NCBI GenBank assembly: GCA_036918135.1
Contig: JBALDB010000029.1
Span: 32,001 to 96,000 of the forward strand
Reading direction: 5' to 3'
DNA from: Nostoc sp.
GTDB lineage: Bacteria; Cyanobacteriota; Cyanobacteriia; Cyanobacteriales; Nostocaceae
DNA length: 64,000 nucleotides
Position 1 is the stretch's first letter; each line of letters starts with the position of its first letter. A program made the translations under genes and the position numbers. Under the pieces are notes generated by a model. The model ran no database searches and was not told where the DNA came from. It was given only the letters and a program-made list of their open reading frames with translations. Below, in pieces: positions 41,881-52,668 of the stretch.

Positions 41881-43068
41881 TTAACTCACTACAGATGGTT
41901 TGTAACTATACACCCATTTGTGAAAATCATTATTGAGCGTCATTTGCCGCTCCTGTGTGTGATTAGAAGATGTAAAGTCGTCGTAGTAGCGCATCTCACC
42001 CGCAGCACTACGAGCTTGAATGACTTTTGTGCGCTCTATGCGCTGCTGTTCGTAGCTAGTTAGGGCTGCTTCGATAGTAGCCGAGTCGGAAAAACACTCT
42101 GCCAGCTCGTAGGCATCTTCAAAAGTGGTATTAGCTCCTTGTCCCATAGCAGGTGCCATTGGATGGGCGGCATCGCCTAAGAGAGTAACTCTGGCTTGGC
42201 TCCAGTGGGCTAGAGGTGGGCGATCGCAAATTGGCCCTTCCCAAATTTGCTCGGCTGGTGTCGCTTCCACCACTGCTCGAAAGGATTTGTCCCAATCGGC
42301 TAATTCTTGGAGAATGCGAGATTTGACCTCATCCGCGTTTTGACAAAGAGAGTAATCCGGCGAAAACTTACGACTAATCCAACTGGTATAGCCACCTCCC
42401 ACATTCAGAATGTACATGAACTGTTTATTGCCTTTGACGAAAACGAGTTGATAGTCATTAAAAAGCTCGTGGTGATACTCGATTACGGCACGCCAGCACA
42501 TACTACCAATATAATTAGGCTGACCCTCGCCAAATAAAGTTTCTCTGATGACGGAGTTGACACCATCGGCCCCAATTAACAAATCTGCATGTACTGGTTT
42601 TTGACCATCAAAATATACTTCCACACCGTTTTCATCTTGGTGAAAGCCGATGCAGCGATGATTCAGGTGAATAATCTCAGATGGCAATCTGGATGCCAAG
42701 ACTTGCTGCAAACGATACCACCAAACAGTCAATAATGGCTGTCCGTATTGCTCTAAATATTTAGTTTGATTAGTGCGAATTGTTTCTCCCTGAATATTCT
42801 TTAAAACCGTGTGGTTAACTTCGCATCCTGAGCTTTTAAGGGTTTCGACTATTCCCGGCGCGATCGCATTTAAGGCATTCAAGCCATTGGGAGCTAGTCC
42901 TAGTCCGGTTCCAGCCGGACGAAATTGTTGTGCCCTCTCATACACTTGAACGTCAATACCCTGGCTTTTGAGTGCGATAGCAGTAGCCAAACCACCCGGG
43001 CCAGCACCAACGATTGCAACTTTCTTTACTATTGCTGGAGATAATTTCTGAGTCAGATTTTTGTTCAT
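41881..43068 (-). CDS. FAD-dependent monooxygenase (group A)
   Basis: GAGPGG, IGADG and LLGDAAHPMAPAMGQGAN motifs. Confidence 0.9.
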   Translation of the reverse strand: MNKNLTQKLSPAIVKKVAIVGAGPGGLATAIALKSQGIDVQVYERAQQFRPAGTGLGLAPNGLNALNAIAPGIVETLKSSGCEVNHTVLKNIQGETIRTNQTKYLEQYGQPLLTVWWYRLQQVLASRLPSEIIHLNHRCIGFHQDENGVEVYFDGQKPVHADLLIGADGVNSVIRETLFGEGQPNYIGSMCWRAVIEYHHELFNDYQLVFVKGNKQFMYILNVGGGYTSWISRKFSPDYSLCQNADEVKSRILQELADWDKSFRAVVEATPAEQIWEGPICDRPPLAHWSQARVTLLGDAAHPMAPAMGQGANTTFEDAYELAECFSDSATIEAALTSYEQQRIERTKVIQARSAAGEMRYYDDFTSSNHTQERQMTLNNDFHKWVYSYKPSVVS

Positions 43069-43285
43069 ATAAAAGTTAAATAAAAATCACAATTGGTAAA
43101 TTTGAAATATCCTCACCAATAAATCCGCTACTTCTGGAAGTTTACATTTAAGCCAAACCCATATTTGCTATTTTTACTCCTGAGTATTTTCTCAGTCAAT
43201 CTTCCTGAAGAATCAACTATGCATTAATATTTTAGTGGTTTGTCATCAGCCTTGTGGTTGGTGGTGGTAACAAAAACTGCACGCC

Positions 43286-43303
43286 TTGAGTACTTTTACT
43301 CAA
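43286..43303. promoter_or_regulatory. palindrome in the divergent promoter region
   Basis: TTGAGTA-CTTT-TACTCAA. Confidence 0.45.
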
Positions 43304-43564
43304 TCATTGATTTTAGTAATTTATTCTCAAAATTTTAGTTCAATTACTCACAAAAATTCTTCTCAAGTATAGAACTTGCTAAATTCTTTTTAGATTCAAA
43401 AAATATTAAAAATCAATGTTGGACTGCAATTGAACTCACCTTACGTGTATATTAGTTTAAGTATTGCAAGTTTTTCAGTCAGTTAATTACCACGTCTGTC
43501 TGATTTTTAACTCAGCACTATTTTGCTGAAACTAATGATGTAATTATTAGCCTCTGCATAAAAC

Positions 43565-44113
43565 ATGGAAAAGAATTCCTTCGCTGCAATCACTTCAAAC
43601 TCTCTTTCCCAAGAATTCAAAATATTGAGTTCGCAGGAAGCAGAGTTATCATTGAATGTGAATAATCAGTCCTACTCACTCAAGCTAGAACCTCGTGTTA
43701 CTTTACTTGATGCCCTACGGGAAAAGCTGGGTTTGATGGGCACAAAAAAAGCTTGCGATCGCGGTGAATGTGGTGCATGTACTGTATTAGTTAATAATCG
43801 GCGAATTAATTCCTGTATGACCTTAGCGGTAATGCACGTTGGGGCTACAATCACTACTATTGAGGGATTAGCAGCAGATGACAAACTCCACCCTCTACAA
43901 ACAGCTTTTATCACTCACGATGCTTTTCAATGTGGATACTGCACATCTGGACAAATTGTATCTGCTGTAGGGATGATATTGGAAGAAACGCCAAAATCGG
44001 AAGCAGAAATTCGTGAAAAAATGAGTGGCAACCTTTGTCGCTGTGGAGCGTATCCTAATATTATTGCCGCGATTCAAGATGTCCTAGAGGAAAGGGAAGA
44101 TGCAGCCATTTAG
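43565..44113 (+). CDS. xanthine dehydrogenase family 2[2Fe-2S] subunit (YagT/PaoA-like)
   Basis: CDRGECGAC, QCGYC and GNLCRC motifs. Confidence 0.92.
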   Translation: MEKNSFAAITSNSLSQEFKILSSQEAELSLNVNNQSYSLKLEPRVTLLDALREKLGLMGTKKACDRGECGACTVLVNNRRINSCMTLAVMHVGATITTIEGLAADDKLHPLQTAFITHDAFQCGYCTSGQIVSAVGMILEETPKSEAEIREKMSGNLCRCGAYPNIIAAIQDVLEEREDAAI

Positions 44114-45074
44114 TTATACTAAAGTTACTTCTCAAGAAATTGCGATCGCTACAATAGAAGAAGATAAAACTGCGGCATTCATTGCAGGTGGAACTGATTT
44201 ATTGGGATTGATGAAGGATGGAGTACAAGTAGCGAATACATTAATTGATATTAATAGTTTACCTTTAGCAGATATTGAATTGAAAAGTAATGGAATTCGC
44301 ATCGGTGCAATCTCCCGAATGAGTGATGTAGCTTTTCATCCCCAAGTTAAAGAGTGTTATCCAGTAATTAGTCAGGCTTTGCTCCAAAGTGCTTCACCGC
44401 AACTGCGAAATATGGCAACTGTAGCTGGTAATTTATTGCAACGAGTCCGTTGCGGGTACTTTCGCGACCCGGTTTTTCCTTGTAATAAACGTGTTCCAGG
44501 TATAGGTTGTGCCGCCATTACAGGCTACAATCGGATGCACGCTATTTTTGGAGCTAGCGAAGATTGTATTGCCGTTCATCCATCAGATTTAGCTGTAGCT
44601 TTGACTGCATTAGATGCAGTAGTTTGCATTCAAGGAGCAGAAAAAATACGGCGAATTTCAATTCATGATTTTTATTTATTGCCAGGTGAAACACCAGAAA
44701 AAGAAACTTTATTAGAGCCGGGAGAATTAATAGTCGCTATTGAAATTCCCGATTTTGCATATAAATCTCATTATTTAAAAGTTAGAGATAGAGCTAGTTA
44801 TGAATTTGCTCTGGTTTCCGTAGCTATTGCTTTAGAAATAGAAGAAGATATTATCAAATCGGCACGCATTGCTTTCGGAGGAGTAGCGCCTAAACCTTGG
44901 CGTGGATGGGAAGTTGAAGAATTCCTCAAAGGAAAAGTAATTAATCCAACTACATTCGCAGCCGCAGCCGAACTCGCAATCAAAGAAGCGAAACCGCAAA
45001 CACACAATGAATTCAAAATTGAATTAGTCAAACGCGTTTTAATCCGCGCCCTCTCAGTTGTATCAGAATTATGA
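44100..45074 (+). CDS. xanthine dehydrogenase family FAD subunit (YagS/PaoB-like)
   Basis: AGGTDL and ASPQLRNMAT motifs; Cys-rich insert RCGYFRD..CNKR..C..C. Confidence 0.92.
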   Translation: MQPFSYTKVTSQEIAIATIEEDKTAAFIAGGTDLLGLMKDGVQVANTLIDINSLPLADIELKSNGIRIGAISRMSDVAFHPQVKECYPVISQALLQSASPQLRNMATVAGNLLQRVRCGYFRDPVFPCNKRVPGIGCAAITGYNRMHAIFGASEDCIAVHPSDLAVALTALDAVVCIQGAEKIRRISIHDFYLLPGETPEKETLLEPGELIVAIEIPDFAYKSHYLKVRDRASYEFALVSVAIALEIEEDIIKSARIAFGGVAPKPWRGWEVEEFLKGKVINPTTFAAAAELAIKEAKPQTHNEFKIELVKRVLIRALSVVSEL

Positions 45075-47260
45075 ATAAAATTATTGGTAAACCAGTAGAT
45101 CGCGTTGATGGTAAGGTGAAAGTAACGGGACAAGCAGCATATACAGCCGATGTACCCATAGAGAATTTGACTTATGGCGTAATTTTTCAAAGTGCGATCG
45201 CCAGTGGCAAAATTATCGAAATAGATACATCAAAAGCTGCAGCCGTTCCTGGTGTAGTAGATATCATTACTTACGAGCAAACACCATCCTTAGTTAAAGT
45301 ACCATCCTTTTCTCGCCCCCAAACTCAACCAAGCGAGAAAGACGACAACATCTACTACAATGGTCAACACCTGGGGATTGTAGTTGCCCAAACTTTAGAA
45401 CAAGCCCAAACCGCCGCTGCTTTAGTCAAAGTTATCTTTGAAGAAGTACCGCCAACAATCACAATGGCAGAGGCAGAAATATTTGAGCCAGAAACAATAT
45501 ATTTTGGCATGATGCCAGGTAAAATCACTAGAGGCGATATCGAATCTGGCAAAGCAGAAGCAGATATTCTCGTGGAACAAATTTATTCCACGCCAATGGA
45601 ACATCATAATCCCCTAGAACCTTCTGGAACCATAGCGATATGGGAGGGGGATAATTTGACATTGTATGAAACTACCCAAGGAGTTTCTGCAACCCAACGA
45701 AACATCGCATCTGTTTTAAACATTCCTCAACAAAATGTCCGGGTCATCTCCAAATATTTAGGCGGAGGATTTGGTTGTAAAGCACTGCTTAGGTCTCATA
45801 CTATTCTCTGTGCGATCGCTGCTAAACGAGTCAAGCGACCGGTGAAAGTTGTATTAACGCGATCGCAAATGTACACTAGTTGCGGCTACCGTTCCCAAAC
45901 TCACCAGCATCTAACGCTAGGTGCAACCAAGGAAGGGAAGCTAACCCTGATCGATCACATTGGTACATCTTTAACTTCCTTGTTTGATGACTTTGTGGAA
46001 CCCGTGGGTACAGCCACAACAATGATGTACGCCTGTGAGAATTTGCAAATCAAATATCGTTTGGCACGTATCAACGCTGGGACGCCAACCTTTATGCGCG
46101 GCCCCGGAGAAGCAACAGGGATGTTTGCCCTAGAATCAGCAATCGATGAACTCGCCTTTGCCTTAAATATTGACCCCATTGAACTGAGACTGAAAAATCA
46201 TGCAGATGTCGATCCCCATACAGGATTGCCTTGGTCGAGTAAATCCCTCAAACAATGTTACCAAAAAGGAGCAGAGATTTTTGGCTGGTCAAAACGCAAC
46301 CCAGTTCCCCGTTCGATGCAAGAAGGTGATTTTTTGATTGGTTGGGGAATGGCAAGTGCGACATTTCCCAGCAACTCTGGTTCAGCATCAGTGAAAGTCG
46401 AAATTTTTGCCACTGGAGAGGTAAAAGTCCAAACTGGTACTCAAGACATCGGTACAGGTACTTATACAGTAATGACTCAAGTAGCTGCTGAGGTATTAGG
46501 CTTACCAGTGCAGTTTGAACTAGGTGATAGTAATTTTCCTCAAGCCCCGATTACCGGCAATTCAATTACAGTCGGCAGTGTTTCTCCGGCAGTGCATAAA
46601 GCAGCCAGTACCACACGAGATAGAATAATTGAAATGGCGATCGCAGATCTGAATTCCCCTGTTTATGGATCTCAACTAGAAGATATTACAGTCGAGTCAG
46701 GGCAAATATTCTTAAAACAAAACTTATCCCAGCGAGACACCTACAGCGATGTTCTGCGCCGTCAGGGGTTAGAAAGTCTAGAAGTCACAGAACAAACCTC
46801 ACCCAACCCAGAGAGTAAAAACTATGCCAAACACTCTTTTGGCGTCATCTTTGTGGAAGTCGCCGTTGACGAACTTTTGGGAGAAATCAAAGTCAGACGT
46901 TGCGTAGGCGTTTACGATGCAGGGCGAATTCTCAACTTGAAGACAGCACGCAGTCAAGTTATTGGCGGGATTACTTGGGGAATTGGCATGGCATTGATGG
47001 AGAAAACCGTAATGGATGCTAATCAAGGCAGAATAGTTGGTGCCAATCTTTCAGACTACTTGATTCCCGTTCATGCAGATATTCCAAATATGGATGTGCA
47101 ATTTATTGAGGAACAAGATTCTTATGTGAATGCACTAGGAACTAAAAGCCTGGGAGAACTTCCCATTGTTGGCGTAGCCGCTGCCATATCTAATGCAGTT
47201 TATCATGCCACAGGTAAACGAATTCGTGACCTACCAATTACACCAGATAAGTTGTTGTAA
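45071..47260 (+). CDS. xanthine dehydrogenase family molybdopterin subunit (YagR/PaoC-like)
   Basis: LGGGFGCK, MRGPG, QDIGTGT and KSLGE motifs. Confidence 0.92.
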   Translation: MNKIIGKPVDRVDGKVKVTGQAAYTADVPIENLTYGVIFQSAIASGKIIEIDTSKAAAVPGVVDIITYEQTPSLVKVPSFSRPQTQPSEKDDNIYYNGQHLGIVVAQTLEQAQTAAALVKVIFEEVPPTITMAEAEIFEPETIYFGMMPGKITRGDIESGKAEADILVEQIYSTPMEHHNPLEPSGTIAIWEGDNLTLYETTQGVSATQRNIASVLNIPQQNVRVISKYLGGGFGCKALLRSHTILCAIAAKRVKRPVKVVLTRSQMYTSCGYRSQTHQHLTLGATKEGKLTLIDHIGTSLTSLFDDFVEPVGTATTMMYACENLQIKYRLARINAGTPTFMRGPGEATGMFALESAIDELAFALNIDPIELRLKNHADVDPHTGLPWSSKSLKQCYQKGAEIFGWSKRNPVPRSMQEGDFLIGWGMASATFPSNSGSASVKVEIFATGEVKVQTGTQDIGTGTYTVMTQVAAEVLGLPVQFELGDSNFPQAPITGNSITVGSVSPAVHKAASTTRDRIIEMAIADLNSPVYGSQLEDITVESGQIFLKQNLSQRDTYSDVLRRQGLESLEVTEQTSPNPESKNYAKHSFGVIFVEVAVDELLGEIKVRRCVGVYDAGRILNLKTARSQVIGGITWGIGMALMEKTVMDANQGRIVGANLSDYLIPVHADIPNMDVQFIEEQDSYVNALGTKSLGELPIVGVAAAISNAVYHATGKRIRDLPITPDKLL

Positions 47261-47587
47261 TATTAAGTCCAGCTAAGTTAGTTATAATTTCTGAATTTAT
47301 GTAGATAAGCAATAGAAACCCCTCCCCAAGGTATTAGGAGGGTGCGCGACAGTGCGGGTGAGGTATTTTATATGCCTTACCAACTTGAAATCTGCGATAA
47401 ATTCTAAAAAGAAACTACCAGAAAAAATCAAGATAATCTGTAAAAAATAATCATAGTTGCTCATATGATGTCCGGTTAAACACAAGTCAATTGCGTACTC
47501 CTTTGGAGAACCCGTAGGATACCAAGTGAAGCAATCACAAAATTTCTATGATTAGACTAGTAAACTTCAATTACCCCATTACCTTTT

Positions 47588-48985
47588 ATGACAACTCAGT
47601 TTTCATGGACTAAGCAGTGGTATCCAATTAGTCCGTTAAGCTATTTGGATATTCATAATCTCACCCCGGTCACTCTTCTGGGGAAAAAGTTAGTGATTTG
47701 GAGAGACAAAAATCAAAAATGGATAGTAATGAATGATGTTTGTCCTCACAAGTTGGCGCGGCTATCTATGGGAAGTATCACTGAAGATGGAACCGTGATG
47801 TGTAGACATCATGGTTGGTGTTTTGATGGGGACGGAAAATGCACTCTTATTCCCATGTTGGCTGGTAATAAAGCAGAAATAACCGCTTGCAATAGTTTAA
47901 GATCGAGAATTACTACATATCCCACACAAGTAATTCAAGGATTACTTTGGGTCTGGCCAGATGATAGTTCTACAGCCTTTGAAGATTGTAATTTTAAGCA
48001 ACCTGCTACTATACCTGAGTGCGAACTAGATATATCTTCCACGCCCTGGCACATGACAGAAGTTCCAGTTGGTTATACGGTCTCTGTTGAAAGTACCTTT
48101 GACCCTTCTCATGCAGAATTTCTTCATGAAGGAATAGGTTTATTTTCACCTCAAACAGCTCTGCCTATGAAAGATTTTGAAGCTATTGGAGAAATATCGG
48201 CTGAAGGAGGTTTTACTCTTAAACATCAAGGTTACAATCTTTCCAACATGGATATGGAAGCTATGCGGAAGTTTACTCCACCTTGCTGTAACACTACAAT
48301 ATACCACTATCCTAATGGGAAAACTAATTTATTTCAGTTGTATTTTGTACCCGTACAACCAGGGGTTTGTAGGTACATTGGTAAGTTTGTTTCTGATATA
48401 AATTCCCTAAAAAAGAACTTTTTGTTTGAGATTATGCCCAAGGATTTACAAACTGGATTACAGCACTTATCTACATACAAGTTAAACGATCAAGATTTAT
48501 CAGCTATGCACTCCCAAGAAGTAAATCAGTCATCATTAGACAAAAAATGGCAACGGGCATACTTTATGCCTTCTCCTGCTGATATAGGCATCATAACTTT
48601 TAGAAAATGGCTAGATGAATTTGCTGGAGGTAGTCCTTCATGGCAAGGGTGTGTAGAAGGGAGTGTAAAACAATTAAATGATGAACAACTATACGACCGA
48701 TGGCATAGACATACAAAGCATTGTCCTAGTTGTCGCAATTCTGTGATTTTTATTGAAAAAGTCCGAAATTTTTGTAATATTTGCAGTTTAATATTTACGC
48801 TTTTAACATTGGTCTTTATCTTAGTAGGTTTTCCTCTGAAACTGGTAGTGATACCAACAATTATTGGAGTTTTGAGTTCTTTATTCTCATATATGTCAGA
48901 CGAGAGCAGGCAACTTTTTCTTAGCAGTATTCCAAAAAGAGGTTTACCTTTGGTCAAACTTTATGGAAACAAAGCAAAGAAGTGA
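47588..48985 (+). CDS. Rieske oxygenase, pheophorbide a oxygenase/Tic55-like
   Basis: CPHK...CRHH Rieske motif; DPSHAEFLH mononuclear Fe motif; HTKHCPSC; two C-terminal TM helices. Confidence 0.88.
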   Translation: MTTQFSWTKQWYPISPLSYLDIHNLTPVTLLGKKLVIWRDKNQKWIVMNDVCPHKLARLSMGSITEDGTVMCRHHGWCFDGDGKCTLIPMLAGNKAEITACNSLRSRITTYPTQVIQGLLWVWPDDSSTAFEDCNFKQPATIPECELDISSTPWHMTEVPVGYTVSVESTFDPSHAEFLHEGIGLFSPQTALPMKDFEAIGEISAEGGFTLKHQGYNLSNMDMEAMRKFTPPCCNTTIYHYPNGKTNLFQLYFVPVQPGVCRYIGKFVSDINSLKKNFLFEIMPKDLQTGLQHLSTYKLNDQDLSAMHSQEVNQSSLDKKWQRAYFMPSPADIGIITFRKWLDEFAGGSPSWQGCVEGSVKQLNDEQLYDRWHRHTKHCPSCRNSVIFIEKVRNFCNICSLIFTLLTLVFILVGFPLKLVVIPTIIGVLSSLFSYMSDESRQLFLSSIPKRGLPLVKLYGNKAKK

Positions 48986-49258
48986 AATTACACCACACAA
49001 GCGTTTAAAATCTTCTGATTTCAGGCTCTTTACCTGGAAATTAGGTCATTTATGCTACCCAATTCTAACCTACTTGTCTCACGCATCTAGGACTTTTGCA
49101 AGAGGTCTATTGAATAGAATTGTTGTTATACAAACTTGGGTATCTTTACTGTGAATTTACAGTCAATAAAATACAGAGTAAATAACTGTTAGAAAATAAT
49201 GTGGTTTTAACTACGTTATTGAGTTGAATTAGTAAGATAAACTTGTCGAATGAATTTC

Positions 49259-49274
49259 ATCAAAGTACGGAATT
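49259..49274 (+). promoter_or_regulatory. candidate operator upstream of the 74-aa ORF
   Basis: ATCAAAGTACGGAATT, 15/16 identical to a copy upstream of ssuD. Confidence 0.45.
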
Positions 49275-49301
49275 TTATTTAGTAACAAAAAAGGATAACC
49301 A

Positions 49302-49526
49302 ATGAGCAGAGAAGTAGCCAAAGTAGTTTTATGGGAACAAAACCAAAAAGATTTTCTAAAAAAGTTCTATGATTTACAATTTATTCCCAGAATAGGAGAG
49401 GAAATTTACCTAAAAAAGGAGAAGTGGAAAGTAACTAGAGTTGAACATGATTTAGAAGTAAATGAGATTAATATCTCCATAGAATTAATCAAAAAAGTGA
49501 AGCAGGATAAACCATCTAATTTATAG
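49302..49526 (+). CDS. hypothetical protein (74 aa)
   Basis: AAAGGA RBS; PRIGEEI...WKVTRVEH beta-rich pattern. Confidence 0.65.
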   Translation: MSREVAKVVLWEQNQKDFLKKFYDLQFIPRIGEEIYLKKEKWKVTRVEHDLEVNEINISIELIKKVKQDKPSNL

Positions 49527-49527
49527 A

Positions 49528-49636
49528 TATAGCAGGAGGTAGGGGGCAGTTTTTGCTGGAGGCAGGAGGTAAAAACATTACTCTTCCTGACATTCACGCT
49601 TGTTATTATGTTCTAACCTATATAACTACAGCTATA
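49528..49636 (-). mobile_element. TATAGC...GCTATA small dispersed element, copy C (reverse)
   Basis: Reverse complement resembles copy B. Confidence 0.75.
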
Positions 49637-49885
49637 AAATTGACGTTAGGCGCGAGAATCATGTCTTTGCACTCTATAATTTTCGTCAAAAAACTTAACC
49701 TAACTGTGTTGACATAGCTAGCTGTACTACCCTATGGGAAATCTATATTTACCAAGATTTTCGTGAACTGGTATCAGTCTTAACGAAAAGTCTTGGAGCA
49801 AACCTGATATGACTTCTAAATTTTACTGTATTTAAAAGTCATATCAAAATTCGTATTTCTACTTCTAAAGGCTAGTTTTTATTTT

Positions 49886-51241
49886 TCAAACTCCCAACTT
49901 CACTCCTCGAATCGAATAATCCAACAACTCCATTGGGTGAATAACTGAAATCTTCTTTTCTTGCGACTGTAAATGCTTAGTAATTTGCAAAGTACATCCC
50001 GGATTAGCAGAAGCAATTAATTCAGCACCAGTATTCAACAAATTCTGTACTTTTTGCTGACCCAATTCTTCAGAAACCTCTGGTTGCAACATATTATAAA
50101 CCCCAGCGCTGCCACAACACAAAGCCGCATCTATGGGTTCTCTCAACTTCACCCCTGGAATTTGCCGCAACAACTGACGCGGTTGCACGCTAATTTTTTG
50201 TCCGTGCAATAAATGACAAGCATCTTGATAAACTAAATTCAAAGTTTTATCTGTTAACGGTGAAAGTTTCGCTGTTAATCCAACAGTTGCCAAAAACTCT
50301 TGAGCATCTTTCACCTTAGCTGCAAAATCCTTTGCCTTTTCGCGATATTCTGGATCGTCTTCTAAAATGTGACCATACTCTTTTAAAGTATGACCGCAAC
50401 CAGCAGCATTAATAATTACAAAATCTACATCACTCTTAGCAAAACTATCAATCATCTGCCTTGCTAAAGCCTTTGCTTGTTCTGTTTGTCCTTGGTGTTC
50501 GGGAAGCGCCGCACAACAACCTTGAGATTTGGGAATCACAACTTCACAACCATTCGCCGTTAAAACCCGCACTGTCGCTTCATTCACTGGAGAGAAAAAT
50601 AATCGTTGTACACATCCCAAAATTACCCCAACTCGGTAGCGTTTTTCACCTTTAGCGGGAATCACAGTAGGTAAATTATCTTGAAAAGATTTGAGAGTAA
50701 TTTCTGGCAGAATTGATTCCATTGCTGCCAAACGAGGAGATATTTTCTTGAGTAAACCCGTAGCTCGAACTAACTTAGCAAAACCCAACTTTTGATAAGC
50801 TAACAAAGGAACTAATAAAACCCGTAAAAGATGAGGATAGGGAAACAGAGAAAATATTAATTGACGAAATAACTTGTCTGGTAAACTGCGGGGATAATTA
50901 CGTTCAACTTGGTGACGAGTTGCCGAAATTAACTTGTCATACTGCACGCCAGAAGGACAAGTAGTCACACAAGCAAGACAGCCCAAACAAGAATCGAAAT
51001 GTTCTACTGTTGCCGTATTGAGAGGAATTTTACCTTCATTAATTGCATCCATTAAATAGACACGTCCTCTAGGAGAATCCATCTCCTTACCCAATACCCG
51101 ATAACTCGGACAAGTCGAGAGACAAAATCCACAATGAACACAACTATCAATCAACTTTGGTTCAGGCGGATGATTAACATCAAACCCCTGCAAATTATTG
51201 AAACTAACCAGATGATTAATAGAATCTTCTGAAACTTGCAT
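49886..51241 (-). CDS. glcF: glycolate oxidase iron-sulfur subunit
   Basis: CVHCGFCLSTCP, CLGCLACVTTCP and CCG-domain motifs. Confidence 0.9.
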   Translation of the reverse strand: MQVSEDSINHLVSFNNLQGFDVNHPPEPKLIDSCVHCGFCLSTCPSYRVLGKEMDSPRGRVYLMDAINEGKIPLNTATVEHFDSCLGCLACVTTCPSGVQYDKLISATRHQVERNYPRSLPDKLFRQLIFSLFPYPHLLRVLLVPLLAYQKLGFAKLVRATGLLKKISPRLAAMESILPEITLKSFQDNLPTVIPAKGEKRYRVGVILGCVQRLFFSPVNEATVRVLTANGCEVVIPKSQGCCAALPEHQGQTEQAKALARQMIDSFAKSDVDFVIINAAGCGHTLKEYGHILEDDPEYREKAKDFAAKVKDAQEFLATVGLTAKLSPLTDKTLNLVYQDACHLLHGQKISVQPRQLLRQIPGVKLREPIDAALCCGSAGVYNMLQPEVSEELGQQKVQNLLNTGAELIASANPGCTLQITKHLQSQEKKISVIHPMELLDYSIRGVKLGV

Positions 51242-51318
51242 AATTATTTTTTTCTCCCCTCTTCCTTTGCGTTCTTGGTGGTAACCGATGGCAAGCCTCT
51301 GTCTACGTTTTCTGCCAA

Positions 51319-52668
51319 TTAAATTCCACCCACAAACCGACCAGGACTTAAAATATTCTTACTATCAAACTGTTCCTTAATAAGACGCATCAATGGCAAA
51401 CCATTGCCCGTATAACCCCAAACATCTATTTGTTCTTTAACCGCCACTGGTGCTTCCAGAATTGTTAAAAAACCACTATGAGCTTGAGTGCGTAGGGGCA
51501 GCCCGCCGTAGGCATCGCCTCCGGCTAAGCGTAACCCATCGCGCATTTGCAAAACCTGATTTTTATTCTCTAATTGTAACAAACCCAAACCACTACTAAG
51601 ATGAATTAGACCCAACTCTACCTTAGATAAAATCTCTACCGCAGCAGTAGGTAACACTCCTATTTTGCAGGTAATTACAGATTCTTGAACAGGATAATGT
51701 ATTCGTTGTTGCAATCTTTGCCATAGATTAGCTTCATCACCATCTATATAAATTGCCCCATCCAAACCCAACTTTTGCCCTACTTCCAAAACTCGGTTCG
51801 ACTGTTCCTTAACACTCTCACTAATATTTTGAAAGCGCGCAATTAAGCCCAACCCTTCACCCAAACCTAAGCTAGACACCAATTTAGTTGATAGTAAATC
51901 AGCCTGAACTGGTGTTAACGCTGAACCTCGCAGAGTATCAGCCGCTTGAGATACAGCCTCAACTTTCCCTGTCAGTACTACCGTTGCCGATGCTTCTTGT
52001 AACGGGTAGAGTCGAAAAGTTACTTGACTAATAACTCCTAATGTGCCATAAGAACCCGTAAACAACTTCATCAAATCATATCCGGCAACATTTTTGACTA
52101 CTCTTCCCCCAGCTTTGGCGATTTCTCCGTCAGCACGTACAAAAGTAATACCTAGTAATTGGTCGCGCACGCTACCATAGCGTTGTCGTAGAGAACCTGT
52201 ATCACCTGTGGCAACGATACCACCGATGGTTGCTGATTCTGGCGCTGTGGGGTCAAGGGCGAGAAATTGCCGTGAGCTTGCTAAAAGTGCTTCCAGCTTT
52301 GAAAACTTCATCCCGGCTTCGACAGTGACAGTCAAATCACCCACAGCGTGTTCAATCAATCGGTTGATGCGTTTTGTACTGACTACAACATCAACGCCTT
52401 TGGCTAAACCACCCCAAGAGAGTTTACTACCACTACCACAGGGGAGGACGCGCCAACTGTTTTTAGCAGCTGTGGCGATGACTGCGGCTAGCTGTTCTTG
52501 GGTACGGGGATAGACGATACAACTGGGAAGCTTTCGGGGAGCTATGGCCTGTTGAATACGTTTTTGCTGAGCTAGTTCGATATTTTCCCAAAGGCAAACA
52601 GCGTTTTCTTCGCCAACGATAGATGTAAGAGCAGAAGCGTAGACGCCTTGCGGCTTGTCGTTAGACAT
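51319..52668 (-). CDS. glcE: glycolate oxidase FAD-binding subunit
   Basis: KAGGRVVKNVAGYDLMKLF motif; upstream of glcF; start uncertain (ATG 52668 or TTG 52728). Confidence 0.88.
   Translation of the reverse strand: MSNDKPQGVYASALTSIVGEENAVCLWENIELAQQKRIQQAIAPRKLPSCIVYPRTQEQLAAVIATAAKNSWRVLPCGSGSKLSWGGLAKGVDVVVSTKRINRLIEHAVGDLTVTVEAGMKFSKLEALLASSRQFLALDPTAPESATIGGIVATGDTGSLRQRYGSVRDQLLGITFVRADGEIAKAGGRVVKNVAGYDLMKLFTGSYGTLGVISQVTFRLYPLQEASATVVLTGKVEAVSQAADTLRGSALTPVQADLLSTKLVSSLGLGEGLGLIARFQNISESVKEQSNRVLEVGQKLGLDGAIYIDGDEANLWQRLQQRIHYPVQESVITCKIGVLPTAAVEILSKVELGLIHLSSGLGLLQLENKNQVLQMRDGLRLAGGDAYGGLPLRTQAHSGFLTILEAPVAVKEQIDVWGYTGNGLPLMRLIKEQFDSKNILSPGRFVGGI
51493..51537. repeat. 45-bp SDR-like insertion in a HIP1 site, in frame in glcE
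   Basis: Removing it restores GCG|ATCGC. Confidence 0.8.
52640..52666. repeat. 27-bp SDR-like insertion in a HIP1 site at the glcE 5' end
   Basis: Removing it restores GCG|ATCGC. Confidence 0.8.

Noticed and set aside
48526..48957. Antisense ORFs within long genes (e.g. 10484-10900, 12575-12961, 44798-45190, 48526-48957)
   Set aside because: They are shadow frames of well-supported genes, with no motifs or RBS support.
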